Of a stretch of 38,458 nt of DNA, positions 8,137 through 15,845 are shown piece after piece. The DNA is from an uncultured bacterium (GTDB lineage: Bacteria; Methylomirabilota; Methylomirabilia; Rokubacteriales; DASRDR01). Position numbers and translations under genes: made by a program. Every line of letters starts with the position of its first letter. Positions within the stretch are counted from its first letter, which is position 1. The notes under the pieces are model-generated. The model had not been told where the DNA came from. It searched no databases and saw only the letters and a list, made by a program, of their open reading frames with translations. The DNA lies in contig CAZDYT010000001.1 in NCBI GenBank assembly GCA_964509395.1, forward strand, positions 1 to 38,458, written 5' to 3'.

Positions 8137-9575
8137 CGATGGCACTTCTCACGCCGTGGCTGTGGGCGTTTGCGTTGGGATGTGTTGCCTTGGGTACACT
8201 CCTTAACGAGTCGTTCAACCCTGCGGTGTTGAACCGGTACTCGCTTCCGTGGGTGGCCGTGATCCTGGCGAGCGTCCTGAGTTTCGCAGTGGCGACTGCC
8301 CTGGCCGCTCGGCAGAGTCTGGCGGGTTCGAGGGCCCTCGATGCCGGGGATCTCAGTGGCGCTAGATATCGATTTCTTTTCGGCACCGCCGCCGCAGGCT
8401 GGGGGGCGAGCCTGTTGACGCAGTACCGCGTCGATCCATTTCACGTGAGGCGGTTGTTTGTCGGTGAGTTCTTTGGCGCCACGCAGACAGCTGGGGTTCT
8501 CCTGGAGTATCTGGCTCAGGTCTCTCTGGGCCTGGCGATGCTCCACTTTCTCATCAGCCGGGCGTTCAATGCCAAGGCTCGTGGAGCGTACCGAGTAGCC
8601 GGGGGACTTGTGATCGTGGCGTCCATAGCGGCTACGTATCTCATCGCCGAAGGTGCCACCCGGGTCGCTAACATCGTTTGGCTCCAGCCCCAGGGCGAGC
8701 CGACGAAACCCACGAGAATGTGGCATGTGCGATATGAAGCGCCCAACAGCTTGGGCTTCCGGGGCGGAGAGTTCGAACAGCGGACGCAACCTGACGAGTT
8801 TCGGATCTTGGTGCTTGGAGACTCAATAACCTACGGCACCGGAGTGACCAACCCCGCCGATCGCTTTACTAGCGTTCTTGCCGAGCAACTGGGCCGGACC
8901 GGGCAGTTCCGCCACGCGAGGGTGTTCAACGCTGGCGTCAAAGGCACCCATTCCGTGGACCACCTGCAAACCCTGGGGCAACTCAGTTGGTTGCAGCCCG
9001 ATCTCGTGATCCTGGCTTATTACTTTAACGACATCGAGCACTTGGTTCCACTGCCGTTAGGAGATACGCCATTCGGAGCCCCCTCGTTCTGGAGCCGGTT
9101 TCGACTGCATCGTGTCCTGATGCTCAACTCGCATCTGTTTGATCAGCTACTTCTTCGTTACCGCCGAGCCAGGCGGATGAACCCTGAAGCTGCGCGTCCT
9201 GACCACTTCTTCGCGTCATACGCCAACCCAGATCTCCTGTCACGGCACCTTGACGTCCTCGAGGAGATCTTTGCGAAGGCGCAGTCCTTCGGTGCCGCTT
9301 TCCGCCTCGTTCCGTTCGACATCGCGGTTCGTCATGATGACCGTTACGAAGCACGCTACCAACGATTCGTCGAAGCCTGCCTCGGGCGGAGGATATCTGT
9401 GTGGCCTATGGGTCGTGTCTTTGATGGGTTTTCCTACTGGGATTTGCGGGTGAGTCGATGGGATGGTCACCCGAACGAGCAGGCCCATCACGTGGTCGGG
9501 AGATTCCTGGCGGAGCGCATCCTTGCGGAAGCCACCATGTTCAGGAGGGCCGGTGAAGCTCGACCGGCGTGGTGA
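8133..9575 (+). CDS. Polytopic membrane domain fused to an SGNH/GDSL-family hydrolase domain
   Basis: ATGA overlap with the upstream stop. About 5 hydrophobic segments occupy the first ~190 aa. SGNH blocks follow: ILVLGDSITYGTG (I), FNAGVKGT (II), ILAYYFNDI (III) and WDGHPNEQAH (V). Confidence 0.75.
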   Translation: MTMALLTPWLWAFALGCVALGTLLNESFNPAVLNRYSLPWVAVILASVLSFAVATALAARQSLAGSRALDAGDLSGARYRFLFGTAAAGWGASLLTQYRVDPFHVRRLFVGEFFGATQTAGVLLEYLAQVSLGLAMLHFLISRAFNAKARGAYRVAGGLVIVASIAATYLIAEGATRVANIVWLQPQGEPTKPTRMWHVRYEAPNSLGFRGGEFEQRTQPDEFRILVLGDSITYGTGVTNPADRFTSVLAEQLGRTGQFRHARVFNAGVKGTHSVDHLQTLGQLSWLQPDLVILAYYFNDIEHLVPLPLGDTPFGAPSFWSRFRLHRVLMLNSHLFDQLLLRYRRARRMNPEAARPDHFFASYANPDLLSRHLDVLEEIFAKAQSFGAAFRLVPFDIAVRHDDRYEARYQRFVEACLGRRISVWPMGRVFDGFSYWDLRVSRWDGHPNEQAHHVVGRFLAERILAEATMFRRAGEARPAW

Positions 9576-9633
9576 ATCCGCCACGACCTATTGCCAAACG
9601 TGACTAGCGAATCCGGCAGGAGCCAGGACGAGA

Positions 9634-10416
9634 ATGGGACAGAGTCTTAAGGAAGTCTGGCGGCATCGCGACTTGGTCCTCAGCTTTGCGGTTCGTGATG
9701 TCAAGGCGAGATACAAGCAGACAGTTTTCGGAGTGGCCTGGGCGATCTTTCAGCCGTTCGCGCTGATGCTGGTCTTCACCCTGGTCTTTTCGCGGTTCGC
9801 AAAGATACCGACCGAAGGGGTTCCCTATCCTGTCTTCTCCTATCTCAGCCTGGTCTTTTGGACCTTCTTTGCAATGACGATCTCGCAGGGTACCGTCGCC
9901 ATCGTGGCGAACGCTAACCTGGTCAGGAAAATCTACTTTCCTCGTGAAACGCTGTTGATGTCCATCGTCCTGTCGGCGGGATTGGACCTTACGGTCGCCA
10001 CGGTGATCTTCGGAGGTATGCTGTATTACTACGAGATCCCCATTACGCTGCAGGCCCTCTGGGTTCCTGTCCTACTGGTGCTGCAGACGCTCCTGGCGTT
10101 CGGTGTTATCTGCTTCACGTCGGCGATGCACGTCAACTTCCGAGACATCGGCCATGCCATCCCGCTGACACTTCAGCTCTGGATGTTCGTGAGTCCCGTT
10201 GCCTACCCACTCAGCCTGGTTCCAGCTGCGTGGCTCCCCATTTACCTCCTGAATCCCATGGCGTCGATCATCGAAGGGTATCGGTTCGCGCTCCTTGGTG
10301 GTGCTCCTCCGAATCTGGCTTATCTCGCCCTTGATAGCTGGATCACGCTCGTTGTGGCTCTAGCGGGATATGCGATGTTCAAACGTGTTGAACGAACCTT
10401 CGCGGACGTCATCTGA
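9634..10416 (+). CDS. wzm: ABC-2 type polysaccharide export permease
   Basis: 260 aa with about six hydrophobic segments. The N-terminus LVLSFAVRDVKARYKQTVFGVAWAIFQPF is typical of Wzm/TagG/KpsM-like ABC-2 permeases. It lies directly upstream of the ATPase. Confidence 0.9.
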   Translation: MGQSLKEVWRHRDLVLSFAVRDVKARYKQTVFGVAWAIFQPFALMLVFTLVFSRFAKIPTEGVPYPVFSYLSLVFWTFFAMTISQGTVAIVANANLVRKIYFPRETLLMSIVLSAGLDLTVATVIFGGMLYYYEIPITLQALWVPVLLVLQTLLAFGVICFTSAMHVNFRDIGHAIPLTLQLWMFVSPVAYPLSLVPAAWLPIYLLNPMASIIEGYRFALLGGAPPNLAYLALDSWITLVVALAGYAMFKRVERTFADVI

Positions 10417-10422
10417 CGAGGG

Positions 10423-11655
10423 TTGGCTGCAGTGGCGGACGTGGTGATTCGGTTCGACGAGATTTCCAAGCGGTATCGCTTGCGGCGTGGTTGGTATCGG
10501 TCGATTCGAGAGGAACTCCGGGAGTGGGCTCAGCGCATCGTCACCAGGAGTGGGCGGAGGGACGTTTTCTGGGCGTTGAAGAACGTGAGCTTCGATGTGG
10601 AGCAGGGCGATGTCGTCGGCTTGATAGGGCCCAATGGTGCCGGAAAGAGCACGATACTCAAGATCCTTTCTCAGGTCACGGTGCCGACGAGTGGACGGTT
10701 TGCGCTTCGTGGCCGAGTAGGAGCTCTCATCGAGATTGGTGCCGGTTTCCACCCGGACTTGACCGGTCGGGAGAACGTCTATCTGAATGGCGCGATCATG
10801 GGCATGCGGCGGCAGGAGATCGATGCGAAGTTTGACAGAATCGTCTCGTTCGCAGAGGTTGAAACATTCGTCGATACGCCTGTAAAGCACTACTCCTCCG
10901 GCATGCAGGTGCGACTCGGCTTTTCTGTCGCGGCGCACACGGACCCGGACATCCTGCTGATCGATGAGGTCTTAGCGGTCGGGGATGCCTCCTTCCAGAT
11001 AAGATGCCTGAACCGGCTTGCCGAGCTCAAAGAACAGGGAAAGACCATCATTCTGGTCTCCCATAACATGGCGAACGTCCTCCAGCATTCGAGGAAAGTA
11101 CTTTGGATCGAGGGGGGAGAAATCCGTGGATACGGTTGCCCTGACGCGGTCGTAGAGCGGTACCTCGCGTCCGTTAGAGACCGGATGCACGCGAGTGCGA
11201 CGGCCGTGTTTTCTTCGTCCGACGCTGATCAACCGATCCGGGTGGATCGGGTCTCGCTGTGCGACGTAGAGGGCCGTGTTCCGGAAAAGTTCCGGTACGG
11301 AGACGCAGTCTGTATCGACATCAGCTTTACCGTGCGCCAACCGATCCACAACCCGGTCTTCGAAGTGACGATCCAGGATGCCCATGGCTATCCGCTGGGT
11401 GGTATCACATCTCGGTTCGGGGGCCTCAAGATTGACTCAACCGTCGAACAGGGGGTCGTGCGGTTGATGCTGCGCCCGGTTCTTTTCCTGAAAGGCGACT
11501 ACGTGATCAACGTGCACATCCGTGATCAATGTATCGAGCGCTACTACGACGTGAAGAAGAGAGCCGCGGTTCTAATCGTTGATGGCCCGAGCATCGCGTC
11601 GCGAGAGGTGAGTGGACACCTGGTGTATCCGCACGAATGGCAGGTTCGGCTGTGA
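10423..11655 (+). CDS. wzt: Polysaccharide ABC exporter ATP-binding protein with C-terminal Wzt_C-like domain
   Basis: Walker A GPNGAGKST, signature YSSGMQVRLGFS and Walker B ILLIDEVLAVGD are present. A ~160 aa C-terminal extension (IRVDRVSLCDVEGR...VVRLMLRPVLFLKGDYVINVHI) follows. The start is non-ATG (TTG 10423 or GTG 10432). Confidence 0.9.
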   Translation: MAAVADVVIRFDEISKRYRLRRGWYRSIREELREWAQRIVTRSGRRDVFWALKNVSFDVEQGDVVGLIGPNGAGKSTILKILSQVTVPTSGRFALRGRVGALIEIGAGFHPDLTGRENVYLNGAIMGMRRQEIDAKFDRIVSFAEVETFVDTPVKHYSSGMQVRLGFSVAAHTDPDILLIDEVLAVGDASFQIRCLNRLAELKEQGKTIILVSHNMANVLQHSRKVLWIEGGEIRGYGCPDAVVERYLASVRDRMHASATAVFSSSDADQPIRVDRVSLCDVEGRVPEKFRYGDAVCIDISFTVRQPIHNPVFEVTIQDAHGYPLGGITSRFGGLKIDSTVEQGVVRLMLRPVLFLKGDYVINVHIRDQCIERYYDVKKRAAVLIVDGPSIASREVSGHLVYPHEWQVRL

Positions 11656-11693
11656 TTGGCGTCGACAGCGTCCAGCGCGGTGCTCCTGAAAGG

Positions 11694-12653
11694 ATGGATC
11701 TGAGCGTCGTCGTGTGCACGTACAACAGGGCCGAGCTCTTGGCGGAAACGCTGGACGCGTTACTGAGGCAGGTTGTCCCAGCGGAGCTTCACTGGGAGAT
11801 CCTGGTGATGGACAACAACTCGCGAGACCGTACGCGGGAGGTGGTCGGACGCTTTGAAAGGGTAGGCGCGGTTCCGGTTCGATACATGTTTGAGGGACGC
11901 CAAGGGCTTTGTCACGCGAGAAATAGCGGGGTGAAGCATTCACGCGGCGCGATTGTGGCCTTTACGGACGATGACGTTAGGCCCGCGGGGGACTGGGCCC
12001 ACGGAGTCATCCTCGCAATGCGGGAGCATGCCGCTGATGGCGTCGGGGGGAGGGTATTACCGAGGTGGGCACTGCCTCCACCCGAGTGGCTCCTTGGGAA
12101 CACGGGCCTTCTCGGGCTGCTTGCGCTGCTGGAATCAGAGGAGTGTTCGCGAATCGAAAGAGGAAAGGGCGCACGAATCTTAGGGGCAAACATGGCATTT
12201 CGCCGTGATTTGTTCGATGCGGTGGGAGGATTCAACACAAGTCTTGGGCGCATTGGGACGAAGCTGTCCGGCGGCGAGGACACAGAATTTGTGAGCCGGG
12301 CGGTGGAGGCGGGGAAGGTCCTCGTGTATGATCCACGCCTTGTCGTGTCGCATTATGTCGGACCTTACCGAATGCGGAAGAGTTACTTCCGAAAGTGGCG
12401 CTTTGATGCCGCGGAGAACGAAGGCATGCAGCCGAGCGACATCTGCGCGCCGCGCGTGCTGGGAATCCCGCTTTACGTCTTCCGGCTACTGGCAAAGCAG
12501 CTAGCCCTGTGGTTGAAAGCCTTGGCCACTCGTGACCCTGGGGCGTTTCAAAGAGAGCTGGCCATCGTGGATAGCATCGGCTTCTTGGTCGGCTGTGCGC
12601 GAAATAGGGTGCGCTCGCGGAGAGAAGGCGGGATGAACGGCCCGAGCGGTTAG
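11694..12653 (+). CDS. Glycosyltransferase family 2
   Basis: MDLSVVVCTYNRAELL, VMDNNSRDRT, the DxD-type motif AFTDDDV and GANMAFRRDLF are present. ATG 11694 is preceded by GAAAGG. An alternative ATG at 11637 would overlap wzt by 19 nt. Confidence 0.88.
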   Translation: MDLSVVVCTYNRAELLAETLDALLRQVVPAELHWEILVMDNNSRDRTREVVGRFERVGAVPVRYMFEGRQGLCHARNSGVKHSRGAIVAFTDDDVRPAGDWAHGVILAMREHAADGVGGRVLPRWALPPPEWLLGNTGLLGLLALLESEECSRIERGKGARILGANMAFRRDLFDAVGGFNTSLGRIGTKLSGGEDTEFVSRAVEAGKVLVYDPRLVVSHYVGPYRMRKSYFRKWRFDAAENEGMQPSDICAPRVLGIPLYVFRLLAKQLALWLKALATRDPGAFQRELAIVDSIGFLVGCARNRVRSRREGGMNGPSG

Positions 12654-12835
12654 GGAGGAGTCCCGCGGAATTCGGGGTGCGTGATCCGCGCGGGGGTCTC
12701 GGAGATGCGGAACCTATGCGGGAAGGTGACGGGTGCGACGAGACGGGAAAGGGGATCGGTCGCTGTTGTTGATAGTAGCGCGATGAACGAAGAGCTACGA
12801 CGGGACGTGAAACACCGGGCGCTGAGGATCCGTAC
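12654..12835 (+). promoter_or_regulatory. Only sizeable intergenic gap in the window; candidate internal promoter/leader region
   Basis: 182 bp lie between the GT2 stop (TAG 12651-12653) and the GT4 GTG at 12836. GAGGA sits 7 nt upstream of that GTG. I could not recognise a convincing -35/-10 or -24/-12 element by eye. Confidence 0.3.
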
Positions 12836-14032
12836 GTGAGGATCGCAATGATCGTGGGTGGCTTTCCGAAGCTGTCGGAGACGTTCATTCTGGACCAAAT
12901 CACAGGATTGATCGACCTTGGCCACGAGGTGGACGTGTACGCACGCAGGAGCGTGAGCGAGTCTGCCGTCCATGATGAGGTGAAAGAGTACGATCTGCTG
13001 GCCAGGACCCACGCGTTCGACTTGCCGGGGACGCGGTGGAGTCGGGTAGAGCGGGCTCTGCGGATCTTGCTCCGCGAGATGCCTCGTCATACGAGTGTGA
13101 TGGCCCGCTGCATGAATCTGGGGCGCTACAAGAGCGTATACGCGGTGCTGAACAACGTGATGCACGTCGAGCCGTTCCTGAAGCGGAAGTACGACGTGAT
13201 CTTCTGCCATTTCGGCGGAAATGGGGTCGAGTTCGCGTTTCTCAAAGACGTGTTCCGGGAGGCACGCTTTGTCGCGATGTTCCACGGAGACGATTTGTCT
13301 CTCGGGGACGAGCAGGGACCAGAGGTGTTTAAAAGCCTCCGAAGGGTCGGCGATATGTTCCTCGTGAACACCGACTGCTACGGGGGGGCGAAGCTGCGTG
13401 AGGCTGGCTTCGAATCGGAGAAGATCGCAACCTTCCACTACGGGCTCGCGGTTGAGAAGGTCGCCTTCAGGGAGCGCGCGCCGCGCGGCGGTCGGGTCCG
13501 CATTCTGAGCGTCGCCCGGCTCGTGCCGAAGAAGGGCCTCGAGTTTGGGATTCGAGGCGTGGCGGAGCTTCAGAACGCAAATCCGCAGCTCGGGATCGAG
13601 TATCGCATTATCGGCGATGGTGAGTTGAAAGGCCGGCTGGGCCGGACCATCGGTGAGCTAGGTGGGAGCCGTAGCATCGAGCTCCTCGGGGCGTTGTCTC
13701 GCAGCGAGGTCATGCAATGGATGCACGAGTCGGACATCTTTCTCCTCCCCAGTCTGTTGGAGCAAGCGGGGATGGTGCTCGTGGAGGCACAGGCGTCGGG
13801 CATGCCGATCGTGGCTAGCCGTGTGGGTGGCGTGCCCGAGATGGTGCGCGAGGGCAGATCGGCTTTGCTGGTGCCGCCTGGAGACTCGCGAGCCATCACC
13901 TTGGCCCTCCAGCGGTTGGTCGATGACCCTGAGCGGTGGGCAGCGATGGGGCATGAGGGGCGGCGCTTCGTGGAAGAACATCACGATCTCGAGGTGCAGA
14001 AGGTGCGACTTGCCGAGCTTCTTGCGGTATGA
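12836..14032 (+). CDS. Glycosyltransferase family 4 (WcaL-like)
   Basis: N-terminus (M)RIAMIVGGFPKLSETFILDQI and GT4 C-terminal motif QAGMVLVEAQASGMPIVASRVGGVPEMV. GTG start with a GAGGA Shine-Dalgarno sequence. Confidence 0.88.
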   Translation: MRIAMIVGGFPKLSETFILDQITGLIDLGHEVDVYARRSVSESAVHDEVKEYDLLARTHAFDLPGTRWSRVERALRILLREMPRHTSVMARCMNLGRYKSVYAVLNNVMHVEPFLKRKYDVIFCHFGGNGVEFAFLKDVFREARFVAMFHGDDLSLGDEQGPEVFKSLRRVGDMFLVNTDCYGGAKLREAGFESEKIATFHYGLAVEKVAFRERAPRGGRVRILSVARLVPKKGLEFGIRGVAELQNANPQLGIEYRIIGDGELKGRLGRTIGELGGSRSIELLGALSRSEVMQWMHESDIFLLPSLLEQAGMVLVEAQASGMPIVASRVGGVPEMVREGRSALLVPPGDSRAITLALQRLVDDPERWAAMGHEGRRFVEEHHDLEVQKVRLAELLAV

Positions 14033-15336
14033 ACCGGATGGGACTGGGGGAATCGGTTAAGCCGATGGTGAATGTGCTCTTCATCGAGAAGAGCTTCGGG
14101 CTCTCCGGTTCGACAATGAGCCTTTGCACGCTGCTGGGACATCTGGACGCAGAGGCGTATCGACCTCACGTGGTCGTCTCACGCAGGGAACAAAGGGAGT
14201 ATCTCCTCCGTCACGTTGGGACTCTGAAAGAAGTGGCGTTAATCACTGAGGCGCGGAGCCTAAAATCCAGCTCCGTAGTAGAGCATCTAGTGAGACTGGT
14301 CCAATGGCGTGCCCCGCGTGCGGAGCGGGTTCTGATGTGGCTGATTGCGGTGGGCGATTTTCTGGTCGGCACCATTCCGTATGCCGTTCGTTTGTACAGC
14401 TGGGCACGAAGGCGGCGTGTCGTGCTGGTGCACCAGAACAATGGCTTCGACGCTGGCGCGCTCATCGCTGCGCGGCTCCTAGGGGCACCCATGGTTGGAT
14501 TCCAGCGCGGCGACGAGTGGAATTCATTTCTGGTTCGGAGCTTGGCGGGCTTCGTGGATTGTTACGTCGCCAACTCGGACGCAACGAGGGCCAATCTGCT
14601 GTCGCTGCATATCCCGCAAGGCCGGGTGCGGGTTGTGTATCCCCCTATCGACTTTTCGAGGTTCGATTGCGACATGCGGCGGCGCCTGCGCCGTAGGGAC
14701 TTTGGGATCCCAGAGTCAAGCCGGTGCTTCGGCATCGTAGGGATACTCGTCGAGTGGAAGGGACATGGCGTCTTTCTGCGGGCCGCGCGGCGCGTATTCG
14801 AGAGGATGCCTCAGGCGCGGGCTTTCGTCGTCGGCGACACGCCGACTGAACAAGCGCGCTACCGGGTGGAGCTGGAAGAGCTCGCTCGGGAGCTTGGCAT
14901 CACCGACCGTGTCCGGTTTATCGGCTTCAGGGAGGACATGCCCGAGGTCCTTCAGTTGCTGGACGTCGTGGTTCATGCATCGGTGCGTGCGGAGCCGTTC
15001 GGGCGGGTGATCGTTGAGGCCATGGCGATGAAGAAGCCGGTCGTGGCGAGTATGGCAGGAGGTCCAGTCGAGATCGTGGAGAGCGGGTGCAACGGCTTCC
15101 TTGTCCCCCCGGGGGACCACGACGGGCTGGCCGACCGGATTCTGGAGCTGCTGTCAGATCCGGAACGTGCTCGGCAAATGGGCGAGGAAGCGTACAGGCG
15201 CGCCTGCGATCGGTTCTCGGTTGCCTCTCACATGGAGCAAATTTACGAGGTATACGCGGCGCTCCTGGCGCCCGGTGGCCGAGTCGATGCGATTCCGAGC
15301 GGGAGGGCGGTGGCCCGCGAGGTGCGGCGACGGTGA
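14029..15336 (+). CDS. Glycosyltransferase family 4
   Basis: ATGA overlap with the upstream stop; an alternative start at MVNVLFIE is near 14065. GT4 motif PFGRVIVEAMAMKKPVVASMAGGPVEIV is present. Confidence 0.85.
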   Translation: MNRMGLGESVKPMVNVLFIEKSFGLSGSTMSLCTLLGHLDAEAYRPHVVVSRREQREYLLRHVGTLKEVALITEARSLKSSSVVEHLVRLVQWRAPRAERVLMWLIAVGDFLVGTIPYAVRLYSWARRRRVVLVHQNNGFDAGALIAARLLGAPMVGFQRGDEWNSFLVRSLAGFVDCYVANSDATRANLLSLHIPQGRVRVVYPPIDFSRFDCDMRRRLRRRDFGIPESSRCFGIVGILVEWKGHGVFLRAARRVFERMPQARAFVVGDTPTEQARYRVELEELARELGITDRVRFIGFREDMPEVLQLLDVVVHASVRAEPFGRVIVEAMAMKKPVVASMAGGPVEIVESGCNGFLVPPGDHDGLADRILELLSDPERARQMGEEAYRRACDRFSVASHMEQIYEVYAALLAPGGRVDAIPSGRAVAREVRRR

Positions 15337-15845
15337 GAATCGGCCGGGACAGGACGACAATCGCTCACTCGTTCATCCTTGCTGGAGCGTGTGTTCTGGT
15401 AGCGGCATCCCAGATCGCATTCGCCGCGCCGCCTTTGGGAGGAGTCAGGGACATCGGTGGGGGAGTCAGCACGGACCCCGTCGTGATCGCGGGGCAGGTT
15501 CGCTCAGCTGTCCGGCTGGGTAAGTTCGCGGTTGGGCAGCTTGCGGGCCCAGACGCCCTCGAGAGCTTCAATCAGACACACGGGGTTATGAGCGAGATGT
15601 ACGCCCAAGTCAGGCTGGCAGTCACGGGGATGTACTGGGCGAAGCAGTACGCCAGGTTTCCGGATCCTCTCCTGGACTATGAATCGAAGAGAACGCATGA
15701 GGCGTGGGTACAGATCAGAGGCGTCGTGGACAGGCATATCCGCGGTGACTCGCCGGTGATCTCGCCGGGACAGATCCCCGCGGCCATTCACGACCTGAAT
15801 TCGGCCATAGCGATTCTCGAGCAAGTATTGGAGCTGATGCCTTGA
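15333..15845 (+). CDS. Small secreted hypothetical protein (~170 aa)
   Basis: GTG 15333 overlaps the upstream TGA (GTGA). The signal-peptide-like N-terminus is VRIGRDRTTIAHSFILAGACVLVAASQIAFA/APP. The upstream part of track ORF 15087..15845 overlaps the GT4 CDS and is treated as alternative-frame noise. I recognised no family motif. Confidence 0.5.
   Translation: MRIGRDRTTIAHSFILAGACVLVAASQIAFAAPPLGGVRDIGGGVSTDPVVIAGQVRSAVRLGKFAVGQLAGPDALESFNQTHGVMSEMYAQVRLAVTGMYWAKQYARFPDPLLDYESKRTHEAWVQIRGVVDRHIRGDSPVISPGQIPAAIHDLNSAIAILEQVLELMP

Noticed and set aside
9634-10416. Locally lower GC in wzm (a 60-nt sample I counted was about 55% versus about 80% in a sample from 16921-16980) as a sign of horizontal acquisition. 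The methyltransferase at 3684..4724 also looked lower by eye.
   Set aside because: Hydrophobic membrane proteins shift codon composition toward T-rich codons. The genes are translationally embedded in the operon, and I cannot compute window-wide GC skew or codon adaptation here. It would need a proper sliding-window calculation.
12660-12700. Inverted repeat CCCGCG...CGCGGG just after the GT2 stop as a rho-independent terminator.
   Set aside because: The stem is only 6 bp with a loop of about 20 nt or more, and there is no downstream T-tract. It is insufficient to call a terminator.
13382-13388. Other short G runs: G7 at 13382-13388, G6 at 6755-6760 and G6 at 16933-16938.
   Set aside because: These lengths are unremarkable for a GC-rich genome with frequent GGG Gly codons. 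Only the G10 at 20478-20487 stands out.
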